Of a DNA stretch of 64,000 nt, positions 28,395 through 41,550 are shown piece after piece. Below the pieces are notes generated by a model. The model was given only the letters and a program-made list of their open reading frames with translations. It did no database searches and had not been told where the DNA came from. Source of the stretch: Octopus vulgaris (lineage: Eukaryota); the NCBI GenBank assembly GCA_951406725.2, contig OX597816.1, positions 149,358,001-149,422,000 on the forward strand. The letters are read 5' to 3'. Made by a program: the position numbers and the translations under genes. Within the stretch, counting starts at the first letter, position 1; the number at the start of each line of letters is the position of its first letter.

Positions 28395-28600
28395 TTGGTT
28401 TCAAATTTTGGCACAAGGCCAGCAGTTTCAAGAGAGGGGCGTAAATCGACGACATCAATCCCAGTGCTCAACTAGTACTTATTTTACCGACGCCGAAAGG
28501 ATGAAAGGCAAAGTCGACCTCGACGGAATTTGAACTCGGAACACGAAGACGAACGAAATACCGCAAAGCATTTTGCTCGGCGTGCTAACGATTCTGCCAG
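28395..28600 (-). mobile_element. SINE family B
   Basis: GAAAGGATGAAAGGCAAAGTCGACCTCG...CGTGCTAACGATTCTGCCAG. Confidence 0.85.
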
Positions 28601-28803
28601 TTATTGCATTCAGATTATAGCTATTGTTCTACCTTTTGTTGAATACGCTTTTCTTTTTCCTGATTTATCAACTCTCCTCCAACAGCTAAACGAGCAAGCC
28701 GAAAATTCGAAATCACTCTTTAATAAATATGCACCCTACTAAATGGTATTGAATAATCTTTCAGTTTAATATTAAACTATCTTTATATATGAAAACAACT
28801 ATC

Positions 28804-28864
<61 letters not shown>

Positions 28865-28907
28865 CACACAACACATGTATGTATGCATGTGTATATGAAC
28901 GTTTGTA

Positions 28908-29125
28908 TGGCAGAAACATTAGCACGCCGGGCGAAATGCGTAGCCGTATTTCGTCTGCCGTTACGTTCTGAGTTCAAATTCCGCCGAGGTCAACTTTGCC
29001 TTTCATCCTTTCGGGGTCGATAAATTAAGTACCAGTTACGCACTGGGGTTGATGTAATCGACTCAATCCGTTTGTCTGTCCTTGTTTGTCTCCTCTGTGT
29101 TTAGCCCCTTGTGGGTAGTAAAGAA

Positions 29126-29127
<2 letters not shown>
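28908..29127 (+). mobile_element. SINE family B
   Basis: Near-identical to 24887-25119. Confidence 0.9.
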
Positions 29128-29156
<29 letters not shown>

Positions 29157-29204
29157 TGTATGTGTTGACGGACGGATGGGTGAACGAATGGATAGATGAA
29201 TGCA

Positions 29205-29480
29205 TAGGCGTAAGCATGGCTGTGTGGTCAAAGATTTCCCTTCATAACCATGTGCCCCTCGTATAGATGTATGTGTGTGCGTCTTTGCATCTGCATTGTT
29301 TTCTGACCGCATGACAACCGGTATTGGTTTGTTTACATCCCCGTGACTTTGCAGTTCAGCAAAATAAGTCGAGTGAAGAATTTCGAGGCTTAAACTATGC
29401 ACTGGAGTCAATCTGATCGACTAAGCCCTTCAAGTTTATGTTCCAGTATGGCTGCGGAACAATCACCGAAACACGAGTAA
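29205..29480 (+). mobile_element. SINE family A (degenerate)
   Basis: AGGCGTAAGCATGGCTGTGTGG head, TTTACATCCCCGTGACTT. Confidence 0.7.
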
Positions 29481-29523
29481 GTTGCAATTAATTCTGCTGT
29501 CTCTCTTTGATCTTACTCCTGCC

Positions 29524-29565
29524 AACTTTTCCCTGAAGAAGGATTCTGTCTGAAACGTCAGAGTT
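29524..29565 (+). ncRNA. Minimal hammerhead ribozyme motif
   Basis: CTGAAGA-A-GGA ttctg TCT-GAAAC-GTC with palindromic ACGT stem III; stem I imperfect. Confidence 0.6.
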
Positions 29566-29869
29566 TTCACAAAAAAGACTACAGTTCGCTGCACGCTTTT
29601 TATCGATTTCACTATATAATACAGGTTTTGCCGACGCAGACCGATACCGGTCTCTTTAGAGCCTATTTACTTGTACATACATAATACATACATACATACA
29701 TACATACATACATACATACATACATACATACATACATACATACATACGTATACACACCAACACTATATACGTGTATACACACGCACATACATACATACAT
29801 GCACACATTGACACACAGACTAGGTTACGTTATATTATATATAATTACATTATATAATCTCTCTCTTTC

Positions 29870-29889
29870 CATATATATATATATATGTA

Positions 29890-29933
<44 letters not shown>

Positions 29934-30123
29934 TACATATATATACATATATATATATATACATATACAATATACATATATATATACATATATATATATA
30001 CATGCATACATATATATATACATGCATACATATATATATATACATGCATACATAATATATACATGTATATATATATATATATATACACATATACATATAC
30101 ATACATACATATATTATAAATAC

Positions 30124-30189
<66 letters not shown>

Positions 30190-30244
30190 ATATACATAAT
30201 ATATATATAATATAAAACAAATATACATATACATACATACAAAT

Positions 30245-30287
<43 letters not shown>

Positions 30288-30290
30288 TAC
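29870..30290. repeat. Compound (TA)n/(TACA)n microsatellite
   Basis: Seen directly; source of the YI-repeat ORFs. Confidence 0.97.
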
Positions 30291-31084
30291 ATTATATAAT
30301 ACCTATCTACCTATGCATACATTCATACACAAATTTTCACGAGGAATTTCAAACAATTAGCTTTAAATCTAACACTGATTTCATCATCAAAAGATTCATT
30401 AAGTATATGTGCTGTTGCCTTTCCTCCAAGGTAAACATCATTAATGTTATTGTAGTTGCTTTCATTGCTTGGATCAGTTTCTGATAATTTAATGTTATTC
30501 ATTAATTAAGTTGCAAAGAGAAACTCAAGAGATTTTCGTATTCTGATGATATCATTAAATATAGAAAATGTAACTTAATGTTCAGATTGAAATTAAACAT
30601 TCAGTAAATTCACCTTCGGTAGCACACACCGAAAGAAAAGTAGCATGTGCCGTGAGTGTTTAAAATCATGAATACTCTTGGCATTAGAACAATTTCAGAC
30701 TTCACTTCTCTATTTCCAAAGTGAATTGAAAGTCTATCAACTTTCAATTCTCTTTGGAAATAACGTAGAATATCAAATTGTTCGAAATCATTACAATATC
30801 TGCTTGGGAAAGTTCTCTTGATTTGTTACAATTTAGGTTTTGTATGCTACACTGTTGCAACCACTTCCTAAGTAAATATAAAGTTCTGTTGTTTCTTGCT
30901 GCACCAAGAAACCAATAAGGCGTTGTTGGTTTTTTTTAAAGGAAAGATTCTAGTACTGTGAAAGAATGATAAACGTATACAAAGAGATGGTATTTAATAA
31001 TTTCTTGAGACCACTTCTGGTGTCTGCCACGGGAAAACAACTATCGCTCATAAATACAACAATACATACTTTCTGAAGGAATAT

Positions 31085-32570
31085 TGTAATAGTTGCATTG
31101 GGTTGCTGATTTGGTATCCTGATTTGTATATAGAACTCTCAAAGGAAGTCTCGTGCAACCACGTGGAAATTACGCGAGGAGAACGCTACTACGGATGGTA
31201 CAACATGGTTCTCGAAAAGTGAACTGTGTAACTTGCAGTTATGAACATTCAACATTTGTACTATGAGAGTGAAACACAACACATGACATCGAGGATGACA
31301 ATCGGAAAACATTTAGACTTAAACGACTCGGAAGAAGCTGATTCAGTTCGAAGTAAAAGTTGAATGCCATGACATTGAAGATGTCAAAGAGAAGCCAACA
31401 GTTCTTTCTACTTGTGGAGTTGAAGCCATAATGAAGTTAAAATATGTTCTTTTTCCGGTAAGCCTTCAGAATGCAGCATACCAACAAATAATGAATGTGT
31501 TGCAACAACTCATAAAACCGAAGGAGAGACTGTTAACTGCGTACAGAACTGAAGCAACTGGAAAATGAGTCAATCAACGACTTCCTTCTTAGGATTAATT
31601 CTCAAGCTTCCTTCTGCCATTTGAATAGGTTGAAAGAAAATCCAGAGGAAGACATCACGAAACTCATTTTCATCGCGGGATTATCGTCGACAGTGGTAAA
31701 GTTAAAAATTTTGGATCTGTTACGATGTCATTCTAATATGAAATACACTAAAATAGGTGCCCTCGCATCCTCCATAGAATCGGAAACGCTGTTTGTGAGT
31801 AGTTGACAAACAATAACAAGCTTTAATGTCAACAAGAATACCTCCAGTAGCAGTTGTGACGTTGTAGTGAAATGTCGAAACTGTGGGCGTACACACAAAG
31901 CTCGTGCATGTCCGGTATATAAGAAAAAAATGTAATAAGTGTGGTAAATTAGGGCATTTTGCCAGATTTTGCCGATCTAGAAATGATCGCTGTGCGAACA
32001 ACATAAATGTATCTCCGACCGAAACTGGATCTATCGACAGTTTGTTGCTAAACGTGAACCACAATGAGAGTGCGTATAACACGGGTTTTTGCAAGTGCTT
32101 TATAAATAATAGAAACATTGATATGAAAGTCGATACTGGAGCAGCTTGTTCGATTGTCCCGTTATCATATTCTTCACAGTTAGGCATTCCAATCGAATAG
32201 ATTAAGCACTTTTGACGGTTCAGATCTAAAGGTTGTTGAATCTATCCGAGTGACATTTAATCTCAACAACGCCGACGAGCCACGAAAATTCATTGTGGTA
32301 GACAGTCCGTACTCTTTTGGACTGATTGGAAAGGATATCATTAAAGACAATTCGTTTTCTTTCAATTTGAACATAGATGCGTTCCCAGAGGTTAAAGGTT
32401 TTGTGACTAGAGTTAACTGCTCTGGAGTCAGATGTGCCTCACTTGTGGTATGGCTGAGAAAAAAAAGATGAATCTCTTCGCATGTGTGTCGATTACAAGG
32501 CTCATTTAAATGCACATAGTGACACTTATTCTTTCCTTATACCATCAATCGACACCATTTTTACAAAGTT
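31085..32570 (+). mobile_element. Gypsy LTR retrotransposon remnant (gag zinc knuckle, protease, RT start)
   Basis: CNKCGKLGHFARFC (CCHC), MKVDTGAACS (aspartic protease), VVWLRKKDESLRMCVDYK; stops and frameshifts. Confidence 0.9.
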
Positions 32571-32824
32571 GCGAGTTTAGATTCCTGGTCCAGGTACTAC
32601 GTTGTGTTCCTCAGCAAGACACATCGCTTCACGTTGCCTCGGCCAGCTTGGCTGAAAATGAATACCAGTTGTCGCATTCTAGATGTTCCACTGGGACAAA
32701 GGTCGAGGGTGGGAGGGTCTATAGTGTATCTATGTCTGCTCATGACTATATAGTAACCTTAAGCAATTAACGAAAGCATGGTACGCGTGCCATGTCATCC
32801 ACGATACACACACACACACACACA

Positions 32825-33490
32825 AAATCGGCCAGTTGTTCGTAAGTCTGAAAAAAGCACACTCAAAATCTTTTGAACAGTAATATTTAATGTAGTTGTT
32901 GGTTATGACTGGTCAGGGAATTACCACTGGTTTAGTACCTATTATGCTCTTAGTGATATAGGTGACTCGTCAGACCTACTGGCCAGAGGCACATGACCTC
33001 TCTACTACTGGAAGAAGGAATACAGTTTTAGCCAGTCAAGTGTTGTGAACAAAATTCTCGAAATAAAGTTCTAATAAGCGACATTCCATTTGGGCGAGTT
33101 GGAGCTATCTCCTTTGACCGGTTCCAGTTGTGCCCGAAAAGGGCCAGTATATGCACGATTCCCGTTCGGTAGTCAACAAGCGAGGAATTCAATGACTCCA
33201 ACATGAATTTCCTCTAGTGAGGGTTCCGACGAAACGTCTCTCTTTTGGAGTTTAGCGAATTCTTTAGTATCCTTACCTTCCTGGCCAAGCAAAGTTTGCA
33301 TCTTCTGTTCCCGTTGAAGAATTGTCCATGTTGTCCAGGAGCTTCAGTTGAATCCTGTATGGCGTACCTCCTTTTTTTAACGTCATACGTAGCTGGCCAA
33401 AGACGTAACCTTGTGCCTCTCTGAGATCTTAAATGAGGACCTATAGTTGTTTAGACATCGCTAAAAGGTGGCGTGGGGGGCCCTTCGTAC
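32825..33490 (-). mobile_element. Penelope-like element 3' end: GIY-YIG endonuclease remnant plus hammerhead-bearing 3' region
   Basis: Minus strand 33490-33199 reads YEG...F*RCLNNYRSSFK...TSLASYV*...NGNRRCKLCLARKVRILKNSLNSKRETFRRNPH*RKFML. Confidence 0.8.
32911..32985 (-). ncRNA. Degenerate type I hammerhead downstream of the GIY-YIG remnant
   Basis: CTGACGA-GTcACCTAT...ATAGGTAC-TAAAC(G12>T)-CAGTG-GTA; extended stem I GGCCAG..GGT / ATT..CTGACC. Confidence 0.7.
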
Positions 33491-33815
33491 ATACACACTT
33501 ATGTATGCATATGTGCATGTGTGTGTGTATGCGCGCGTGCATACGTTTTATCAGTGAAAGATGGAAGGTCGAGATAAAAATTTATATTTTTTCTTTCACA
33601 AATGGAATTTACGAAATTGATAAAAAAATTTACGAAATCTAGCGACTGCTTTAAAAAGGCTGTCACTGGAGATAATGATAAAATATGTAAACGAACTGAG
33701 GCGAGTATCTTCTCTCCCCTCTCTCTCTTTCTCTCAATCTCTTTCCCTTTATCTTTCTCCCTTCATGTTTATCTCTCTCTATTCCATTATTATTTCGGAA
33801 GAGTGAGTATGTGTG

Positions 33816-33861
<46 letters not shown>

Positions 33862-33915
33862 GTCGCACATATATTTTAGAATGTTTCGTAAACTCACTCT
33901 TATCCAACTTTGGGG

Positions 33916-33957
<42 letters not shown>

Positions 33958-34143
33958 GCATACACTCACACACATACTCACTTGAAGGTATATCATTATC
34001 TGCCATACAACTTGACGTTTTGAAGTTCAAATCTGCATTGCAGTGAATAGTGGTTTGCGTATAGTGATACACACCCAACTAATTTTGTGGTTAATAAGAA
34101 AACAATTGTAAGTACATTGCGTATGGTTAATGACTCATCCTCA

Positions 34144-34184
<41 letters not shown>

Positions 34185-34308
34185 ATGCATACATACAGAG
34201 AGAGAGGGTGGTAGAGAACCAAGACAAGTATGTAACAGTTGTAACTGACTCTACACGTACCTATGTACATTGAGCACGTTTTTGTGCGGAAACAAAGATA
34301 TACAATAT

Positions 34309-34348
<40 letters not shown>

Positions 34349-34453
34349 CTGTGTGTATGTATGTATGTATGTATGTATGTATGTATGTATGTATGTATGT
34401 ATGTATGTGTGTATGTATGTATTTATGTATATATGTATCAATGTATGTATGTA

Positions 34454-36697
34454 TCAGGTTGTAACGAAAGTTCTGTCCGTTTTGTTTTAAGTAAATATCT
34501 AGTTAGATTTAAAGGTGTTAAACTTCTCAATTCCATTTGAAATACGTCGAAATCCTTAATATATTATTTTCTTTCAGATTTTCCCAATTTAATAATAATG
34601 GAAGTTGTATTGGCCACGTGTTCATTCCGAGCAAAGAAGATATTCATCACGTTATTCTTTACGAACTTCAAAATGGGAATAGTACAAATGTTGCCGCAAA
34701 ATCACTCCAAAACACTTGTGGTGATGGTGTAGTGACTGAAAGAATATGCAAAAGATAATTTTAACGATTCAGAAATGGGAACTACAGCCTGCAGGATGAA
34801 TCAAGAGAAGGCGGAATCTATTCTGTTTGGCTGCCTGCAATTCAAAAGTTAAAGTTTATCGAAAATTTTAAAATTTGGCGCATTAATCTAGTTTTCGAAG
34901 CTGAACTGCTGGATTTATTTCACTTTTTTTCAAAACTTAAAAAAAAAAAGTTATAGATGTTTAAAGTTTGATCATTTTCAACCAGTCTGGAAGCAGGATT
35001 TGGAAGCTGTTGTCTTGTGCGTGACTACATTTTGTCAACATCCTGAAAATAGCACGTGTTGTCAATATTTGTATTCTACACGAGGAAAGTAAACAACACG
35101 ATTTTTGTAGTTTTAAGCATTCAAAATGTATTTAATGCGGTAGTATGATTTATCCAAAAACATTATTTAGGTGTTATTTTTAGCATGCCTCAATGACAAA
35201 AAGAAACGAGTAAACAGCACATCTTTTATAGTTTTAAGCATTTAATATGCATTTAATACATCACATTATAAATCAAATATTTCTCAAAATAAGAAACTTA
35301 GAGCACGAACTTAAAAGATTTATCTAAAAACAAAATAGCACATTACAAATTAAATATTAAAAAAAAACATATTGTTGGCCAGTTCATTGGGAACGAAAGT
35401 TAGAAATGCACTCAATCAATTTCTCGAACCAATCACAATTTTCATATCTCCTGCGCCACATACATTCACATGCTTAATTGTCAACAGATATGTAAAATTT
35501 CCAGATGGATAAAGCTGTAGAACACAGTGTCAACAAGTGGTTTCAATATATTTGTCAACACGTGTTTTCTCGCAGACAAAAGAGTTCTCCCGTTCCACTT
35601 GTTATTATGGAAGCAGGCATGAATTGGCTAAAATTACTCAAAATTTTCAAACTTTAATAGCTAATAACTTTTTATTTATTGTTTTATACCGAAAATGATT
35701 TTCATGGCATTCATTAACCTATAAAAGTGTATCATTACACTGAATATGAAATCAATTCGAACAGAAATTGACGCTGGCAGCCAAAGAGAAAAGATCCAAA
35801 GGGCGCCCAAGACGGTTGGATTCTGATGCAGTGGAAGCCACTGTCGAAGCATACCCTGCTGTTACAGTTCGGGAACTAAGCGAGAGCATCAATATGAGCT
35901 ATACCACCATTCATCGTGAATTGAAAAGGCTTGGTAAAGTGTCAAAGGTTGGAAAATGGGTCACACATGGTTTCTCTGCAGATAATCACAAACAACGTAT
36001 TGATTACTGTGCATCATTACGATCTCGTCTCGTCGTGAGTTGCAAATGCCTTTTTTGAATAGTCATTACTGGAGTTGAAAAATGGATACTTTACCATAAT
36101 GTTAAGCGAAAACATCAGTGGCTCAGTCATGGTGAAGAGCTAGCTCAGCAGCCCAGAAGCAGCCTGCATCAAAGGAAATCTTCTGAGTATATGGTGGGAT
36201 ATGCGTGGAATAATTCGCCACGAGCTACAAGACGATAATCAAACAATACTAGCCAATATATACTAAACGTCTGAAAGCAGTTTTGCCTCAAAAACGTCCA
36301 TCATTAACAAAAAGAAAAGGAGTCATCTTTCATAATGATAACGCTGGACCTCACACTGCACAAAAGACTGGAGATCTAGAAAAGTATACCTGGAAAATTA
36401 TGCATTACCTACCATATTCTCCGGACCTCACACACACAAACTACCATCTCTTAAGTTTACAAGATCATTTGAGGGATTAAAACTTACTTCAAGAGCAGAA
36501 GTCGAAAATAAATTAATTTCCTTTTTCACTTCTAAACCTAAGGAATTTTATAAACGCGGCATTATAAAGCTCATTGACAGTCTGAAAAAGGTCATAAAGA
36601 AGAATAGTGACTATATGAACGATTAAATGAATCAGATGTTTTTTTTTATTGTTTTATGAAGCCTTAAAAAACGGACAGAACTTCTGTTACTATCTTA
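34454..36697 (+). mobile_element. Full-length decayed mariner transposon with nested insertion
   Basis: TA-flanked about 30-bp TIRs (TCAGGTTGTAACGAAAGTTCTGTCCGTTTT / AAAACGGACAGAACTTCTGTTACTATCTTA); motifs GRPR, KWVTH, TGVEKW, HNDNAGPH, YSPDL. Confidence 0.95.
34814..35797. mobile_element. 984-bp non-autonomous element of the GGATCTTTTC family inserted in the mariner ORF
   Basis: Ends GAATCTATTCTGTTTGGCTGCC / GGCAGCCAAAGAGAAAAGATCC; flanks AGAAGGCG / AAAGGGCG; removal restores ...DESRE-GRPR. Confidence 0.85.
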
Positions 36698-36758
36698 TAA
36701 GTATGTATGTATTATATTTGTATGTATGTGTGTATGTATATATATGTATATGTATGTA

Positions 36759-36831
<73 letters not shown>

Positions 36832-37149
36832 GCTCTCTCTCGCGCACACACACACACATGGAAAGTGAGAGAGGGAGAGAGATTAAAAAAACATCACCAT
36901 TTCGGATCTTTCCGGAAACAATCTTACTTTGGGGCGATAAATATTAAAGATAATCTGTCTACGTGAATCTATTTAGATAAGAACATCCTTTAAAAAAATA
37001 TGCTATATTCTTGAAGAATTTTTTTTCTGCTCACGTAATCTCAATCAATCGATGCTAATAGTTTTCAAAATTGAAGAAACGCATTCTTTCACTTTGGGTC
37101 ATATTCCAGCTCTCAAATGAATCGTATGCCAAAGAACATATTTTACGAT

Positions 37150-37386
37150 CAATGTTCCCTCCAATTTTTTTTTATATATGTGCATAAAAATTTGCTTGCA
37201 TGCAAGTTTTGTTTTTCTTAGCAAAGTATATGAACATCATTGCACGTAACGATCTTCAATTGTAAAAATTCGATTAAAATTTGAAAACGTGTTCGCATAT
37301 TTTTTCGTTCCCTTATGCGTAAGTTTCAGGACTGTACATGCATAGACATGTTCAGAAATTATCGCACAAACATACAGAGAACATTG
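37150..37386. mobile_element. hAT-type MITE
   Basis: TIR CAATGTTCCCT / AGAGAACATTG; 8-bp TSD TTTACGAT / CTTACGAT. Confidence 0.8.
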
Positions 37387-38531
37387 CTTACGATGAACAT
37401 ATCTTACTATCGTCCGTACCACGCAGATATGAATACCCAAGCTCCGTTTCAAAGATGCTCCGATGTCTAACCTCAGTATCAATCATATTTCGTACAAAAC
37501 AAAAGTGTTACCCTTGTATGTGGCAAAATGTTCTTGCAGAAACAGTATAATACGTCATCCATAGGAAGAAATGTAAGAGTAAAAAATCTCTCTGACTGCT
37601 ATTAGTTGAAAATTATACATAAAGTATTGTGACAAATCTAAATACAACAAACCTAAGCGCTATCTACACCAGAAAAACTGAAAAACTGCGCTATTGGCAC
37701 GGAAGTCGACTGTGGTGGAATGGTCAAGTTTCGCTTTTTATATTACAAGCTAACACCTCATTGTTGATGTCAGCTCAACATCCAGTAGTGATTTCAAATT
37801 TCAGGGAAGCGGGTAAGTCGATTACATCGACTCCAGAGTTCAACTGATACTTATCTTATCGACCCCGAAAGGATGAAAGGCAAAGTCGATCTCGGAGTAT
37901 ACTGCCATGTGTACCGAAATGATTTTGAAGGTTAAGCGTTAAACCTGAGCATTGCATCACACAACTGAGTTTAGGATTTATTTTTAAAAGTTAGTCAGCT
38001 TCAGCTCTTCTGTTACCATAAACATGTGTAGTAGATGAATATATGATGAATCTTTTACTCGACACTTTCTGCCTTCAAATTGCGTCCCAATTTTCAGTTG
38101 CTCAAATATTAAGTCTGTAGTTTACACCACAGTGTTAATGATTACAAGTCATACTACGTAGAGAGGTGCAAAGATAGGTGACCTAGTGTGCTGAAAACAA
38201 ATTAGCACTCGACATTAAAGAGCCGAAAGGTTCATTGCGGTACTTAAGAAATTAAGGGATCCTGTGCGTGTACATAAGTGGAAAGCTTCTGCAACTTCAA
38301 GTTTCTTGATGCCCACATCGGAGAAGATCTCTCACTTGCCTCAACCCCAATATCCTGCTAAAGGCACAGCAGTGTCTGTCCGGATTCAAGTTGCTAAATA
38401 AGGCAAAACCTTCCTACTGAATGCATCATCGACCTCTACCAGTACGTAAATGACCAATGTAGCAGACTTCACCACATATGTGGGAACATATGACAAATAC
38501 TGTTCAGTAAATCAAGCATTTCAGTCCATGG

Positions 38532-38598
<67 letters not shown>

Positions 38599-38654
38599 CA
38601 AGATAAGAAAATAGAGATAATTAATAAGTTATTATTTATTAATTAAAAATTGAC

Positions 38655-38750
38655 AAACATCCCTTACAACTGTTTCAATTCAAGACCTTCAGAAAATTAA
38701 ATAATAAAATTAAAATTTATTTGAAAGTCGAATCTCGTCAGAGATAGTTT
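38655..38750 (-). ncRNA. Type I hammerhead with long stem II, core intact
   Basis: AAACTATCT-CTGACGA-GATTCGAC...GTCTTGAATT-GAAAC-AGTT-GTA-AGGGATGTTT. Confidence 0.8.
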
Positions 38751-39030
38751 GAGATATACAAAATAGGTGTTCAATTCCTACATGTTGAGTAAACGGCTGC
38801 AAACCGTTAGCTGACAACATTTATGCATAAAGAACATAGTATAAAACATGGTATAGATATCAGAAAGGAGAGGAAGGTAGTGTATATACTCCAATATACA
38901 CTACCTTCCTCCCCTTTCTAAGGTCTATACCACGTTTTACACTATGTTCTTTGTACATACATTTTATCAGTTAACGATTTGCAGCCGTTTACTCAACATA
39001 CATGAATTGAACACCTATTTTGTATATCTT

Positions 39031-39126
39031 AAACTACCTCTGACGAGATTCGACTTTCAAATAATTCTTAATTTTATCAATTAATTGTCTGACGGTCTTG
39101 AATTGGAACAGATGTAAGGGATGTTT
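39031..39126 (+). ncRNA. Hammerhead, second-arm copy (GAAA mutated to GGAA)
   Basis: AAACTACCT-CTGACGA-GATTCGAC...GAATT-GGAAC-AGAT-GTA-AGGGATGTTT. Confidence 0.7.
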
Positions 39127-39328
39127 GTCAATTTTTTAATTAGTAAGTAATAATTTATTAATTATCTCTTTATTTTTTTATCTTATAATAATAAAATATA
39201 TATATATAAACCACGGTTTATATGGTTACCTTGCAGTTGAGTATTAGCTGTAATGTTCAACATTTTTTGTATAGGTAACTAACCAGTACTGTCATAGGAT
39301 TTTGCTATCCCTTGATGAGGTTTGTAAC

Positions 39329-39368
<40 letters not shown>

Positions 39369-39842
39369 CACATGTACTACTATGTGTCGATGAAGAGAAT
39401 TGATGGATGCGAGACTGGGTTTCGTCGTTTTCGTTCTCAGTCGACTTTTTAGTAATGTAGCAAACATAGACAGATGCCAATTGAATCTAATATAGCACTG
39501 ATTTACAAATGTGTTTTTGCAATAAAGAACTAGAGTCGATGTAATTAACTGTTTCCAACTTCCAATTTATAGGATTATGTGTCTGTTAAAGACCATTGTT
39601 GTTATTATTATATTATCATTATAAATACAATTTTACCGAGACTGTGTATATATTACCTGAATAAAAAATAAGTAATTATTTACTTAATTTATGTGCTTGA
39701 TAAAGGAAAATTACAACAAATTAAAATGGGTTGTCAATTCACAGATTCCTTGTTTACACGTCATGTAAAAAATATCTACCTAATTGCAAAATAAATCTTC
39801 TTCACTAACTTCGTATATATATATATATATATGTATATATAT

Positions 39843-40047
39843 AGTTAATCCAAACATGAAAACACAAAGAGAAAACACAACAACGCGAGGACGTGGAACA
39901 AGTATAGTGTTATTGGACGCTCAGGAAAGGAAGGAAAGAAGGAGGATTTAACGTTTCGAGCGGAGCTCTTCGTCAGAAACATAGGGAAAGGAAAGATCCA
40001 AGGAAGGGAAGACAGAGGGAAAAATCGTCAACAGTACACACGCGGTT
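39843..40047 (-). mobile_element. Short hammerhead-bearing repeat whose 3' end abuts (TA)n; ribozyme at 39946-39980
   Basis: Minus GTTT-CTGACGA-A-GAGC tcc GCTC-GAAAC-GTT-AAAT; homologous to 45137-45344 and 51816-51913. Confidence 0.82.
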
Positions 40048-40080
<33 letters not shown>

Positions 40081-40290
40081 TAGCCATAACACGTGATTGA
40101 TAACGTTTAGTACTGAACGCGCTTGCACATTTACTTAAGCCTACACACAATTTGTGAAATTCCTTCCTAAAGGTCAGTACCATTCTTCTCTCTAAAAAGT
40201 TTTTTCTTAATCTTAATCTTTGAAAAAATCTGTCTCTCTCTCTCTCCCCCTCCCCCTCTCTCTCTATATATATATATGTATGTATGTATA

Positions 40291-40765
40291 TAATAAAAAT
40301 TTTAAATGAGGGTGAAAAATTGAATACTAATTTGATTAATATCAATTTAAAACCAGTTGTCTAACATATTAAAATCTGAAGATTCAGAAAATTATATTAC
40401 ATACGTATAAGAGGGATGACCACAATGTGGACAGCCCTTATGCTAGAAGTAGATCCGCTATGGTCTTACCACTAAGAAATGCTCTCACGAAAATCCAGTC
40501 TCGTGTATAGTTCTGCAAATTATATTTACAATAACGATCATGCTGAGGAGCTACGGACAAATTATGTAAGTAAAATTGCGTAAATGTTGATAGCGAAACA
40601 TGTCCATGATTAAACTGTATCTTTGTTATTTCTCATTTGTCTTGCTAGATTACGTTCTGGCGTTTGCTGAATTTTCTTGAGAACATTTCTTAGTGGTAAG
40701 ACCATAGCGGATCTACTTCTAGCATAAGGGTTGTCCACGTTGTGGTCATCCCACTTATATGTATG

Positions 40766-40770
<5 letters not shown>
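40291..40770. mobile_element. Fold-back element with a hammerhead in the spacer, flanked by TA-rich microsatellite
   Basis: About 40395-40498 is the reverse complement of about 40667-40770. Confidence 0.85.
40537..40610 (+). ncRNA. Intact minimal type I hammerhead ribozyme
   Basis: Stem I ATCATG/CATGAT, core CTGAGGA, stem II GCTA...TAGC with internal TTATGTAA/TTGCGTAA, GAAA, palindromic ACATGT, GUC site (cut after 40604). Confidence 0.9.
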
Positions 40771-40823
<53 letters not shown>

Positions 40824-41203
40824 ATCTTCTTACATGCATATAAATATGCATACATATACACACACTCACGCGCATGCGAGCGTTAAATGATGATGATGAT
40901 ATATAGATATATGCATATGTGTGCGCGTGCGCTTATGTGTGTGTATGTGCGTGCGTATGTGTGTGTGAGTGTATGTTTGCATGTGTGTGTATGTGTATGT
41001 ACGCATGTGTGTCTATGCGTATGTATGCGTGTATATAAATGTCAAGTAATATATTCTTTTCTATTATACGGTTCAGCCCTAAGGCTGTGGCCATGATGGA
41101 GCACAATTTAACATTAAAGTGAAGGAATATTCAATACTTTTTAGTAGAGTACATTTTTATTATACTTAAACTTACAAGGAACATGTTGACAGTGATTTCG
41201 AAG

Positions 41204-41247
<44 letters not shown>

Positions 41248-41251
<4 letters not shown>

Positions 41252-41490
41252 GGTGGTGGCGGCGAACCCTGCTGTACTCTTTCACCACAACTTTCTCACT
41301 GTTTCTGTTGTACCTGTATTTCAAAGGGCCAGCCTTGTCACACTCTGTGTCACGCTGAATCTCCCTGGAGAACTACATTAAGGGTAACACGTGTCTGTGG
41401 AGTGCTCAGCCACTTGCACGTTAATTTCACGAGCAGGCTGTTCCGTTGATCGGATCAACTGGAACCCTCGTCGTAACCGACGGAGTGCCG
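41248..41490 (+). mobile_element. 5'-truncated SINE family C with an alternative tail
   Basis: GGGGGTGGTGGCG...CCCTGCTGTACTCTTTC-CCACAACTTTCTC shared with about 51080-51126. Confidence 0.75.
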
Positions 41491-41491
41491 T

Positions 41492-41550
<59 letters not shown>

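Larger units (their letters stand above)
38598..39331. mobile_element. Fold-back element with a hammerhead in each arm, flanked by (TA)n
   Basis: Arms 38598-38887 and 38894-39186 are reverse complements with a 6-nt loop; right copy continues to (TA)n at 39332. Confidence 0.88.

Noticed and set aside
30543-30575. CTGATGA...GAAAATGTA
   Set aside because: Only an AT-only 3-bp stem II and no stem I; likely chance
33214-33240. CGAAACGTC resembling a hammerhead 3' half
   Set aside because: Upstream is CTAGTGA, not CTGANGA; explained as GIY-YIG codons on the other strand
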